Positions 14,689 to 23,058 are shown, counted from the stretch's first letter. The stretch: 33,571 nucleotides of DNA from Nitrospirota bacterium (GCA_040756635.1 JBFLYJ010000001.1:1-33571); one strand, 5' to 3'. Notes: a model not told the origin generated them from the sequence alone. Numbers and translations: made by a program.

Positions 14689-16629
14689 CTAGTTTGCCTC
14701 AAGCTCGTCTTCTAGATGAATCGCTGTCGACGGAAACAGATCCAACCCTCTAATCTGTTGTCGTGCAGCAGAGACATCCGTTGTAAAGAGAACCACGACC
14801 AGATCTTTCAGAGAGCGTGTACAACAAACGTAAAAAAGCCGTCTAGTTCTCTCTATGGACGTTTCCTTACCCTCACGTCTACTTGCCTCCTCCCTATCTG
14901 AGAGCGGCCTGATACCCAAGTACTTGTCATAGGAGAATTGCACGTGGGTTCCCTCATCATCGTCTAGAACTACAAGCACCCGCTCAAACTCAGCACCCTT
15001 AATTCCTTGTTGAGTTGAGAACGGAGAATCTTCTTTGACATACCTGTAGTAGCCCCAGAACTGAGATGCAGGGCAAGCGAGAAAAGCATCCATGGCATGA
15101 ATTTCCTTCGTAATTTCGTCGTCATTATCTTCTGCAGCATCCTCATCTTCGTTTCCCTGAGTTTCGACTGGAATTGGTAAATCCAAATACGAGAGCATCC
15201 GCGGGTCAAGGTCAATTAACCTCCATTCATGAATGCTACGAAGAACATCGCCATTGGTTGCAGCTAACCCTGGCTCCATCATCAGTTGCAGCCTCTCAGT
15301 AAATCGACGCAGGTCGTCAAGTCTTTCAGATACGTTGATCCCACTTAGGCTCTTTTGCTGAAGTAGGGGTGATTGGCTTCTCAGAACTTGTATTGCCTCA
15401 AACTCGCGTCCCTGTTTGACAGCATTTACAAGTGGTAAAATAAAGTTATAAAAAGGACGCACTGGCCACGCAGTCGCATCCAAGAATCCGCTTTTGAACT
15501 TCTCGGGGGCCTTATCGTTCAGTGCAGCATATAGATCGCCAAATCCAAGCCTTTTGGCGGCCATTCTGTGGACAATGACCAGAACTTTCACGGTTTTATC
15601 GTCTTCACCTGATTGCCATGCTGGATCAATATACTTTCGCGCTGCCCAAGCACATAACTGTGCTAGCCGATGATCACGCCTCTCGTCAATAGGTAGTATG
15701 AAGATATCCGCATTGCCCTCTACGTTTACCAGTGCGTCTTCTGCACCTATCATCCGGCCTCGTGTCTGAACTAGCCCGTCACCGTCTCGACGAATTGCAT
15801 TGGCAACCCTGAGTACCGCTGTGGGACAGCGGAAATTCTCTGACTTCGTTATGTTCGTCCACCCAGCAGCAGCAGAAACTGAACCGATTCCTGTCAGGTA
15901 TATGCGTTGCATCGGATCTCCAAAAAAACCGAGACAAAAATGCCCCTGCTGGCTCTCTTCCACTGCTTTTAAAGCTGCTACGACATTCGCCATCGCGTCT
16001 TGGCTCTCATCGACAAAAAGGAAAGGATATTGTTGAGCGAGTATGCTCTGTAGCAATGGGCGCTCGATTATGAACTGTGGAACCATTTTTATAATGTCAT
16101 CATGGCCCAGCACACCGTTTACATAGTCACTACCTGTCCCATAGGTAAACGAAAGGACTCGCCCAATTCGTGCCTTCTGTCGTTCGTAGCGGTCTATATC
16201 GTTCTGGTTCTTGTCACGCGTACGTTGTTGAACACGAGGCCCAAAATTGGCCGCTGTCTCTCGAAGTTCAACGAGTCTTTCATCAATTCGCTTTACTACC
16301 CACTCGTGGATGTCTGACTGAAAAGACCTGATTAGAGACCATAGAAAACTGTGAATGGTCGAAACATGAACGAGGGGATTATTGCCTACGTCCGTCCAAA
16401 TCTCATCGGCAGCGATCTCCATGTAAGTTATGCATGCAATTTGCTGTTTGCGAAGCTTCAGCCGTCCACTATGTACTTTGAGTGCTTCGGTGAGTCCTTT
16501 AATCAAAGAAGTGGTTTTCCCAGATCCGGCTCCCGCAACCATCAAGAAGCTGCGTGTTGGTGAGGCATTCAAGCAGCGATAAAGCTCTAGATCCGCCTCA
16601 GTGTCTTTTTGCTGCGCGCGGCTAGTCAT
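14689..16629 (-). CDS. UvrD/Rep-like superfamily 1 helicase (GajB-like partner of the OLD nuclease), 646 aa
   Basis: SF1 motifs are present: Walker A AGAGSGKTT, motif II FVDESQD, ENFRCP, GIKGAEFERVLVV and YVCCTRS. The ATG overlaps the stop of the upstream OLD gene (ATGA at 16626-16629). Confidence 0.85.
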   Translation of the reverse strand: MTSRAQQKDTEADLELYRCLNASPTRSFLMVAGAGSGKTTSLIKGLTEALKVHSGRLKLRKQQIACITYMEIAADEIWTDVGNNPLVHVSTIHSFLWSLIRSFQSDIHEWVVKRIDERLVELRETAANFGPRVQQRTRDKNQNDIDRYERQKARIGRVLSFTYGTGSDYVNGVLGHDDIIKMVPQFIIERPLLQSILAQQYPFLFVDESQDAMANVVAALKAVEESQQGHFCLGFFGDPMQRIYLTGIGSVSAAAGWTNITKSENFRCPTAVLRVANAIRRDGDGLVQTRGRMIGAEDALVNVEGNADIFILPIDERRDHRLAQLCAWAARKYIDPAWQSGEDDKTVKVLVIVHRMAAKRLGFGDLYAALNDKAPEKFKSGFLDATAWPVRPFYNFILPLVNAVKQGREFEAIQVLRSQSPLLQQKSLSGINVSERLDDLRRFTERLQLMMEPGLAATNGDVLRSIHEWRLIDLDPRMLSYLDLPIPVETQGNEDEDAAEDNDDEITKEIHAMDAFLACPASQFWGYYRYVKEDSPFSTQQGIKGAEFERVLVVLDDDEGTHVQFSYDKYLGIRPLSDREEASRREGKETSIERTRRLFYVCCTRSLKDLVVVLFTTDVSAARQQIRGLDLFPSTAIHLEDELEAN

Positions 16630-18905
16630 TCCCCAGCATCCTCTATAGTCCCCACTTCGCCTACTTCGGCAGGAGCCTCAGTTCCGGCTACCTCCGGCTG
16701 AATTGTCGGTTGATCAAGACTTATATTGCTAGCGAGCCAGCGCAAACCTTCCTTGATATAGGATGGCACGTTCCAGTTCGCAGGACTTTCAGTTAGAACT
16801 CCCAAGGCGAACTTCGTTTTATCGAATGACTTCCCCTTGATTCGCTTGTGAAGGCCAGCCGCAAGATCGCTGGGTGATTCAAGAGTACCGCGAAGCTTGA
16901 GGCCGAGATGTCTCCGTTCAATAGCTTGGCACCACGTCGAGTTCTCAAGACCAAAGGCCTCCTCCAGTGTTCTTCCGCAAAGATTGGCATTCAAACCATT
17001 CCATGTTACATTCGTTGGGACTTGATAAGCGACGCGTATCTTAAAGCCATTTCCGCCTTCCGCCTCATATAACTTGGCCTCGTCCGTTACCGCATGCAGA
17101 TCTGCAACCGTTTGCTTTTTGGGTATCCACTGGATCAAAGTCTGGTTTGAAGTTAGCGCGCCAGACTCGGATGGCAAACACGCTGTGCCGCGTTTCTTTA
17201 CTGGCGGCTCACCCGTTTCGGCATTTGGTACTTCAAACTCGGTATCATCATCTTCATTTTCCTCGCCAGTCGCAACGGGTTTCACGCTGTCCAAATCGGT
17301 AATTACAAGTGCAACAAGGCCGAGGAATTCAAGCAGAGTTTTGAAGCGATGGGCAAAAGCACCGCCTACTTCTAAGATAGAAACGCAGGCCGACCTCAGG
17401 GATGCCACTTCTCTTTCCTCCTCAATCATAACAGGGAGCAGAAGTCGTTCGACATTACCTTCAACCAAAATAGCTGCGTCGGCAAAGAAGAGGTCGCAGT
17501 GCGTCAGTTTCAGGTATCTTTGCAGGAAATCCCGCTCGTTAGGGTTCTTATTATAGAATGCAGACAGATTCAATACCTCGGTCGTCTGCTCACTGCCGAT
17601 GCTCTGACGCCTGAAATATCTAATTGGTTGAAAGCCGCGCTCATAAAGGATATGAGGTGAGTGTGTAGTTACTATCGTCTGGCTTTGGAAAACGCCTCTG
17701 TCCGCTTCGCTACCCTTCATAAGATCCAAGACATTACGAATGAAAACCTGCTGAAGCTGAGCATGAAGGTGCACCTCGGGTTCCTCGATGAATACTAGGT
17801 GCAGCGGAGCACGCTGCTCCTTGTCTGCAACCCAACCGGCATGGTAGTCGAGTATATCGACTACTATATAGATGAGGTTCTTGAACCCGAGGCCGCTATG
17901 AGTGTCGGGCAGCCTTAAGGCCGCATCACCGTCGCCAAGAACATAGTGAACTCGAGTATCTTGGGTGCTCATGAGCGTCGCTGGATTGAGCGCCGACTTG
18001 ATCTCTAGTCGAGGATTATGGAGACCGGGGTACCCAAGTTTTGACAGGCTACCGAGAGTGTCTTTGAAAACATCGGCCAAGTGTTCATTAAGTCCCAGTT
18101 CGGAGTCGAACAATGCCCTAAGTGCGTTGTAGTCCTCTTGTCGTTGCTCTAGGTTCCGCTTGTAAAATCGACTCAACCGTTTGGAGAGATCTTCGGCTCG
18201 CCCACCGCTCGTCTCAGATAGGTGCCGCTGGGCTTTTACGTTATCAATTTTGACAAGAGATTTCAGAATTGCCGCGCCGCTAGGCTCTTTACCAAGCTGT
18301 AGAGGCATATACTCGGCCTTCTGCTGGTAAAAGTCATCGAATTGACCACGATCAAGGACATAGTACTTGAACTCAAACTCGCTGCGTAATATCTCGTTTT
18401 TTAGAAGATAGTCGCTCAGGCTCTTCGGCCATGGCACATACCTCTCGTTTGCCCGCGGCTGCAAAGCTGCGGCTTTGCTACGTGCCTCTGCTCGTGCTGC
18501 CCGGAATCTCCCAAGAAGCTCTACAGAGTCGCGCGCGGCAAACTCTATCCGCATGCCAACCTGTGTCCCCCGCCATGCCGTACTCGGTAATAGAGGTATC
18601 ACGAGGTATAAATCATTCGCCGCAACCTCGAACCAAAGATCAGCGCTTATCGAAGGCAATTCGGGCTGTTCCACGCCATCCTCTGGCAGTTCGCCAATCG
18701 CGTTAAACTTTGCCCAACATGCCAAGCTAAAATCGTAGAGAGAAAAATTATCCTTCGCGCCCGATACAAATGTGTTAAGAGCCTGAGTTGCTGATGTTTT
18801 ACCACTATTGTTCGACCCGACAAAGATCGATATATCCGAAGCAAGCTCTATATAGACATCACGTAGGCGCCTATAATTCTTTATCCTGTATGAGTGCAGA
18901 TACAT
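16626..18905 (-). CDS. OLD-family ATP-dependent endonuclease (ABC-type ATPase + TOPRIM), GajA-like, 759 aa
   Basis: Motifs are Walker A GSNNSGKT (res 30-37), SGLG (337-340), LVFIEEPEVHLH (370-381), TTHSPH (413-418), the TOPRIM Glu in ILVEGNVE (E482), DxD in VITDLDS (537-539) and TLEEAF (646-651). GGAGG sits 9 nt upstream of the ATG. Confidence 0.85.
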   Translation of the reverse strand: MYLHSYRIKNYRRLRDVYIELASDISIFVGSNNSGKTSATQALNTFVSGAKDNFSLYDFSLACWAKFNAIGELPEDGVEQPELPSISADLWFEVAANDLYLVIPLLPSTAWRGTQVGMRIEFAARDSVELLGRFRAARAEARSKAAALQPRANERYVPWPKSLSDYLLKNEILRSEFEFKYYVLDRGQFDDFYQQKAEYMPLQLGKEPSGAAILKSLVKIDNVKAQRHLSETSGGRAEDLSKRLSRFYKRNLEQRQEDYNALRALFDSELGLNEHLADVFKDTLGSLSKLGYPGLHNPRLEIKSALNPATLMSTQDTRVHYVLGDGDAALRLPDTHSGLGFKNLIYIVVDILDYHAGWVADKEQRAPLHLVFIEEPEVHLHAQLQQVFIRNVLDLMKGSEADRGVFQSQTIVTTHSPHILYERGFQPIRYFRRQSIGSEQTTEVLNLSAFYNKNPNERDFLQRYLKLTHCDLFFADAAILVEGNVERLLLPVMIEEEREVASLRSACVSILEVGGAFAHRFKTLLEFLGLVALVITDLDSVKPVATGEENEDDDTEFEVPNAETGEPPVKKRGTACLPSESGALTSNQTLIQWIPKKQTVADLHAVTDEAKLYEAEGGNGFKIRVAYQVPTNVTWNGLNANLCGRTLEEAFGLENSTWCQAIERRHLGLKLRGTLESPSDLAAGLHKRIKGKSFDKTKFALGVLTESPANWNVPSYIKEGLRWLASNISLDQPTIQPEVAGTEAPAEVGEVGTIEDAGE

Positions 18906-18986
18906 ACCACCTTACCTCCACTGGTTTGTGGTCATCGCATTAAATTGACCATCCACGGTTCTAAGTTGCGCGATTGATCGGACTAG

Positions 18987-19027
18987 CCAACGTCATGCGT
19001 TTATAGACCAACGTCAAAGTCTGTGAA
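18987..19027 (-). promoter_or_regulatory. candidate promoter and operator of the OLD/helicase operon
   Basis: On the minus strand, TTCACA-N16-TATAAA (plus 19022-19027 and 19000-19005) is a candidate promoter. The direct repeat TGACGTTGG x2 (plus CCAACGTCA at 18987-18995 and 19008-19016, 21-bp period) overlaps the spacer and the predicted start site. Confidence 0.3.
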
Positions 19028-19126
19028 TCGAACCCTTGAGAACATTAGTATTTTGAAGACTAATTTGTACATCAAAAAACAAACACGCTCAATAAAGGCA
19101 CTGCTGATTCAATTTCACAGCACTTA

Positions 19127-19136
19127 CTGTTGGGTG
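19127..19136. repeat. 10-nt arm (CTGTTGGGTG) abutting the RT stop codon; inverted partner at 20767-20776
   Basis: It is the perfect reverse complement of CACCCAACAG at 20767-20776. The two arms bracket the RT ORF, one 0 nt after the stop and the other 19 nt before the ATG. Confidence 0.5.
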
Positions 19137-20747
19137 TTATTTAGATAATAATGCACAAATAGATTTATCTATGATATCACCCCTTGATGAAACCATTTTT
19201 ATCCAATGCTTCATTTCATCTTCTGATAATATTTCGGCGGAGTATAAAACTGATCTTCTATCCAATGGCCCTAAAACATCGAGTCCATCCTTATGATCCT
19301 TAACCCATACTCTGTCATTTCTTCTTTTTGCAATCAGAGCCTGCTCTCGTATTCGTATTATTTTTTTATAGTTTTGTGGAAAATCTATGATATTAAAATG
19401 ATTGTTTTGGAGAAGATAAGATACCCACACATTTATGAATGGAATGTCCATAATATGACTATCCAATATTTTTTCAAAATATCTTTTATATCTTTTAACT
19501 TGCGGTTCACTAAGTGTTTTGTTTAAGTAAATAACCACCTCACGAATTAATGGAATTAGTGCTTCAAAATTTCTCAACACAATTGGTGCAAGACTTCTGA
19601 TTCGATATCTCGACGCATTTCTAAATATGTGTCTCAATAAAGCAACATCTAACTTCTTTGAGTCTAATTCTTTATTTAACATGTTCTTATATGCGTCAGT
19701 AAGGATTTCAAAGTGTTCATTTTCAGCAACTTCATTATAAATATTTTCGTAAGCTTCTTCGTATGTATCTTCTGAATCTTCAAAATAATCGTATGTTGAT
19801 CCGGTAAATTCAAGCTCAAGCTCTTCAAATTTTTCATTAGCTAATTCTTCAGTTTTCTTCATAACTTCAATTTCTTCCTCTTGTTCTTCATCCTTATATT
19901 TATATTTCATATACCATTGAACTGACTTGATTCGAGATTTTTCACCTGAAAAAACTAATCTGTGAGAACTATATAGATATTTTGTTAGCTCGTGGAATAT
20001 AAAGGATGCATCTTCTTCTTTATTAAAAAAAATAATTATATCGTCTACCCATCTCACAAAATCACGTGTATAACTAAGTATTTTCTTATCTATATCAGCC
20101 ATGATAGCTTCAGCTAATACAATGCTTGCTGCGGGTCCAACTGGAATCCCCCTTGATGTTTTAGTATTTAAATTCATCAAAAAGTCTTCAAGGATTTTGG
20201 CTAAGTCGTTATAAAGGGGACCTCCTGCTTCCGATATAATATTACGAATTCGATGTGTATATATCTGGTTATAAAAATCAGTGATATCACAAAAAAGTAC
20301 AAATCCCCTCTTATATTGTTTAGCTAATTTTTTTATTTGTGTTTTATAGTTTTTCCAGCCATCATCGCCTCTCTGAAAGAAAGAGCCATTTAAATCAGGC
20401 TTGACTCTATAGGAGCATGCAATTTTCTCTGTCTCAGGAATGCGAAATTCTTCTATTATGTTATGTAACTGATATACAAGGGCTGTATAGATTAATGAAT
20501 CAATAGGATCCAATTGATGAACAATTCTATATGTTCCATTTACCTTTGGTGAAAGGCTGATTAATGGGGATTTCGGAATATAATTTAGTAAATCTAGTGA
20601 AAGAATATGTTTTTTAACAAGAGGCCAATTATGTGAGATAGCATCATATTCAAAAGATTTAGGATAAAAATCACTGTCGTAATATCTTTTAAGATGTTTT
20701 AATGCCCACTCTAATGCGTTTTCTTCTACTGATATCATAAAAGCCAT
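19137..20747 (-). CDS. stand-alone reverse transcriptase, Abi/UG (defence-associated, DRT-like) type with helical C-terminal domain, 536 aa
   Basis: RT palm motifs are present: FCDITDFYNQI (motif A, D154), SRGIPVGPAASIVLAEAIM (motif B), RWVDDIIIFF (motif C, D235-D236) and RLVFSGEKSRI. An acidic Tyr-rich linker (res ~285-346) and a ~190-aa helical tail follow. The gene is about 30% GC by eye and has no SD. Confidence 0.8.
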   Translation of the reverse strand: MAFMISVEENALEWALKHLKRYYDSDFYPKSFEYDAISHNWPLVKKHILSLDLLNYIPKSPLISLSPKVNGTYRIVHQLDPIDSLIYTALVYQLHNIIEEFRIPETEKIACSYRVKPDLNGSFFQRGDDGWKNYKTQIKKLAKQYKRGFVLFCDITDFYNQIYTHRIRNIISEAGGPLYNDLAKILEDFLMNLNTKTSRGIPVGPAASIVLAEAIMADIDKKILSYTRDFVRWVDDIIIFFNKEEDASFIFHELTKYLYSSHRLVFSGEKSRIKSVQWYMKYKYKDEEQEEEIEVMKKTEELANEKFEELELEFTGSTYDYFEDSEDTYEEAYENIYNEVAENEHFEILTDAYKNMLNKELDSKKLDVALLRHIFRNASRYRIRSLAPIVLRNFEALIPLIREVVIYLNKTLSEPQVKRYKRYFEKILDSHIMDIPFINVWVSYLLQNNHFNIIDFPQNYKKIIRIREQALIAKRRNDRVWVKDHKDGLDVLGPLDRRSVLYSAEILSEDEMKHWIKMVSSRGDIIDKSICALLSK

Positions 20748-20766
20748 AGCATTATTTATTTGTTTT

Positions 20767-20776
20767 CACCCAACAG
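20767..20776. repeat. 10-nt arm (CACCCAACAG) in the RT 5' leader; partner at 19127-19136
   Basis: See 19127-19136. In the minus-strand transcript, the 5' leader CUGUUGGGUG could pair with CACCCAACAG directly after the stop codon. Confidence 0.5.
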
Positions 20777-20780
20777 GTAT

Positions 20781-20824
20781 TATCACACCAGTTGATCATA
20801 TCGAATATGTACCCTGTTGTGATA
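20781..20824 (-). ncRNA. hairpin in the RT upstream region (possible structured leader or RT-associated ncRNA)
   Basis: TATCACACCAG (20781-20791) pairs with CTGTTGTGATA (20814-20824) at 10/11 positions over a 22-nt loop. A mutually exclusive alternative pairs CAACAGG (20771-20777) with CCTGTTG (20813-20819). The intergenic region is 254 bp with no ORF. Confidence 0.3.
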
Positions 20825-21001
20825 TTCAATACTGTCATTTCTTGGTACGTTTTTATTTATTGAATTAATAATAAAGCGTGAATTTAAGAGCCCTTGCCTT
20901 GATCTTAAAACCCGTTATCAGCAACTGAGTGATGGCTAAATATTACATCAAGGGGGGGTGAAATACAAGGATAATTTTAGTTGAAACGGCAGGGAAGGTC
21001 G

Positions 21002-21664
21002 TTACTCAAACTGAGACTTGAGGCCGTTGAATTCCTCTTTGAGCTTATCAAATTCACCGCGCAGGATTGCCATCTCTTCTTCCAGTTTCGCGATCCTCTC
21101 GTTATCGGCCCGTACCCTAAGGGTCGCAGCTTCTTCGGAAATGGCAGGTTCCTCCTCTCCGATCTCGGGCATTCCGGAGAGCAGGTGCGCGAAGCGGGGT
21201 TCCTTTCTTCCGGCCTGGCGCGGGAGTTTTACGACCATGGGCGGCTCCTTTTCCGCGAGCCTTGTCAGGATCTCCTCGACCTCCTGAAGGCCCGAGAATT
21301 TGTGCATGCGGTCGGCGCGGTTTCTTATCTCCCCCACCGTCTGCGGTCCGCGCAGCATTAATTCGCACATCACCGCGACGGAATCAGACGGGAGGTTGAA
21401 TTTCTGCGGGAATGAGTGCTGGTATTTCGGGACGCGGCTGTCGGCCTTGTAGATCTTTTCGACCAGACCCTTTTCACGGAGGCTGTCGAGTCCGCGGACG
21501 ACGGTTGTCTCTTCATAGGAGACGATCGGGCTGCGGTTGGATTTCTGGTTGCACGCGCTGGTCAGTGCGTTCAGGGTGAGAGGATAATAGTCCGGAGTGG
21601 TGATCTCCTTTTCGATCAGGCAGCCCAGAATACGCGCTTCGATGTCATTAAGCAGTATGTCCAT
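21002..21664 (-). CDS. yceH: YceH (DUF480 / UPF0502) family protein
   Basis: The N-terminus LNDIEARILGCLIEKEITTPDYYPLTLNALTSACNQKSNR is characteristic of DUF480. It has a coiled-coil C-terminus. Confidence 0.85.
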   Translation of the reverse strand: MDILLNDIEARILGCLIEKEITTPDYYPLTLNALTSACNQKSNRSPIVSYEETTVVRGLDSLREKGLVEKIYKADSRVPKYQHSFPQKFNLPSDSVAVMCELMLRGPQTVGEIRNRADRMHKFSGLQEVEEILTRLAEKEPPMVVKLPRQAGRKEPRFAHLLSGMPEIGEEEPAISEEAATLRVRADNERIAKLEEEMAILRGEFDKLKEEFNGLKSQFE

Positions 21665-21669
21665 TCAGA

Positions 21670-22128
21670 TTATGGATTATCGTCCACTGCCACGTAATCG
21701 CTGCCGGTTATATATTTCTCCAGGTCCTGTATCTTGACCTGCTGTTCATTAATGATGGCATTGACGATATCTCCTATCGTGACAACGCCGATTAACTGGT
21801 TATTTTCAAAGACCGGCATATGACGGCAGTGAATGGTCGTCATAAGGGCCATGGCCTCTTCAACGGTCTTGTCAGGTGTTATGGAATATACTTCTTTTGT
21901 CATTAATTCTCCGACCGTTGTTTCCTTGGAAGACTTGCCTTTAAGGATGACCTTACGGGCATAGTCTCTCTCTGAAAAAAGACCCACGAACTTCCCGTCG
22001 TCAATGACCATCAGTGCTCCGATATCTTTTTCCGCCAGCATCTCCAGCGCCTTGTATGTCGTTTCCTTTGAGCCGATGGACCAGATTTTTTTGCTCTTTG
22101 ATCTGATAACATCCTGAATTTTTAACAT
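21670..22128 (-). CDS. CBS-pair (Bateman) domain protein
   Basis: Two CBS repeats are present (DIGALMVIDDGKFVGLFSERD and HMPVFENNQLIGVVTIGD). It has no other domain. Confidence 0.85.
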   Translation of the reverse strand: MLKIQDVIRSKSKKIWSIGSKETTYKALEMLAEKDIGALMVIDDGKFVGLFSERDYARKVILKGKSSKETTVGELMTKEVYSITPDKTVEEAMALMTTIHCRHMPVFENNQLIGVVTIGDIVNAIINEQQVKIQDLEKYITGSDYVAVDDNP

Positions 22129-22320
22129 AGCCTCGCCTCCCTTTGCGGAAATTACGCTTTGCTGATTAAGCGTTGAATAAACGAGATATTGCTTGAATTA
22201 GTGTGAGATAATATTATCCTACTATATTCAGCATGTCAACCGAAAAGGTAACGACGCCCGGACTGAAAACCCTTAAGATTCAATCCATAAAGTCCGGGCT
22301 GATGGCAGTAACAAGGGCTT

Positions 22321-22761
22321 TTACTGTCCGTTCTGCTGTGTTTTGGCTTCCAGATAATAAGCGATCATCAGGACCAGTATTACACCTGCGCCCAGTCCTA
22401 TCTCATACAGTTTTTCAACCGGAGTATGTTCCATAAGGGACGTCTGGGCCTCTATTAATAGGATACGTCTGATCGCGGCTATAATACCGATCGCGAGAAA
22501 TGGACCGAGTGAAAATTTCTGTTTCTTCAGAAACCGGATGACGGTCCAGAGCAGTTCGAGGATAATAAGTGCCAGCAGCACATCGTTTACCAGATTTATC
22601 ATGGACGTGCGGGAAGGCTCCGTGATGTTCAGAAAGGCATAGAAAAGGATAAAACCGCAGGCTATCAGCAGAAGGAGCGCTGCCAGTACATGAAACACTA
22701 TGTCGATTTTTACCAGTGCCGTGCGAAATATATTTGATAGATCGGGCTTGTCCTGTTCCAT
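22321..22761 (-). CDS. PsiE-like (phosphate-starvation-inducible E family) membrane protein
   Basis: It has four predicted TM helices. The core LALIILELLWTVIRFLKKQKFSLGPFLAIGIIAAIRRILLIE parallels the E. coli PsiE core as I remember it. Confidence 0.55.
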   Translation of the reverse strand: MEQDKPDLSNIFRTALVKIDIVFHVLAALLLLIACGFILFYAFLNITEPSRTSMINLVNDVLLALIILELLWTVIRFLKKQKFSLGPFLAIGIIAAIRRILLIEAQTSLMEHTPVEKLYEIGLGAGVILVLMIAYYLEAKTQQNGQ

Positions 22762-22921
22762 GGCTTCCTTTCACCTGAAATGTTGAATACAATTATCTCC
22801 TGATGAACATAAAAATTCAACTACTATTAAAAACCGGTATTAAACCGGGATCATGAGTGCTGCTAAAATCCGCACACTGACGTGGTATGTTTTGAGGCCC
22901 TCCCTCTGTTAATCTGATATT

Positions 22922-22995
22922 TATTCTGGTTTAATTACCGAATCGGCCTGGGTATATAACCAGAATTAATATGTAATATTGGCAGCTCTATGCCA
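22922..22995. promoter_or_regulatory. two palindromes upstream of the second sigma-54 promoter (candidate UAS)
   Basis: ATTCTGGTT (22922-22930) pairs with AACCAGAAT (22959-22967). TGGCA-N6-TGCCA lies at 22980-22995. Both are 65-150 bp upstream of the -24/-12 element. Confidence 0.3.
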
Positions 22996-23058
22996 TATTG
23001 ACAGTGAAATACCCCGGATAATTATATAACTGTTCGAATTTGAAATATATTTGATTTC

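Noticed and set aside
17074-17556. 160-aa plus-strand ORF inside the OLD gene (likewise 15800-16036, 16102-16317, 18431-18738)
   Set aside because: These are antisense shadow ORFs within a gene that has a full set of conserved motifs. Their composition is Ser/Arg-rich and low-complexity, and they have no RBS.
19137-20747. RT as a retron RT (possibly using the neighbouring OLD nuclease as effector, Eco8-like) or as a group II intron RT
   Set aside because: At 536 aa it is much longer than retron RTs. I saw no retron-type VTG motif and no msr/msd-like a1/a2 structure directly upstream. It differs strongly in GC from the OLD gene and is separated from it by a T-rich stretch plus promoter-like sequence. 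It has no YADD/maturase X/En domains, and its flanks are far too short for group II ribozyme domains. This rejection rests on reading by eye and should be confirmed with HMMs.
20981-21697. Plus-strand and alternative-frame ORFs (126, 89, 83, 93 aa) overlapping yceH
   Set aside because: The minus-strand YceH/DUF480 frame carries the family-typical N-terminus. The others are Arg/Gly/Ser-rich shadows of a GC-rich gene.
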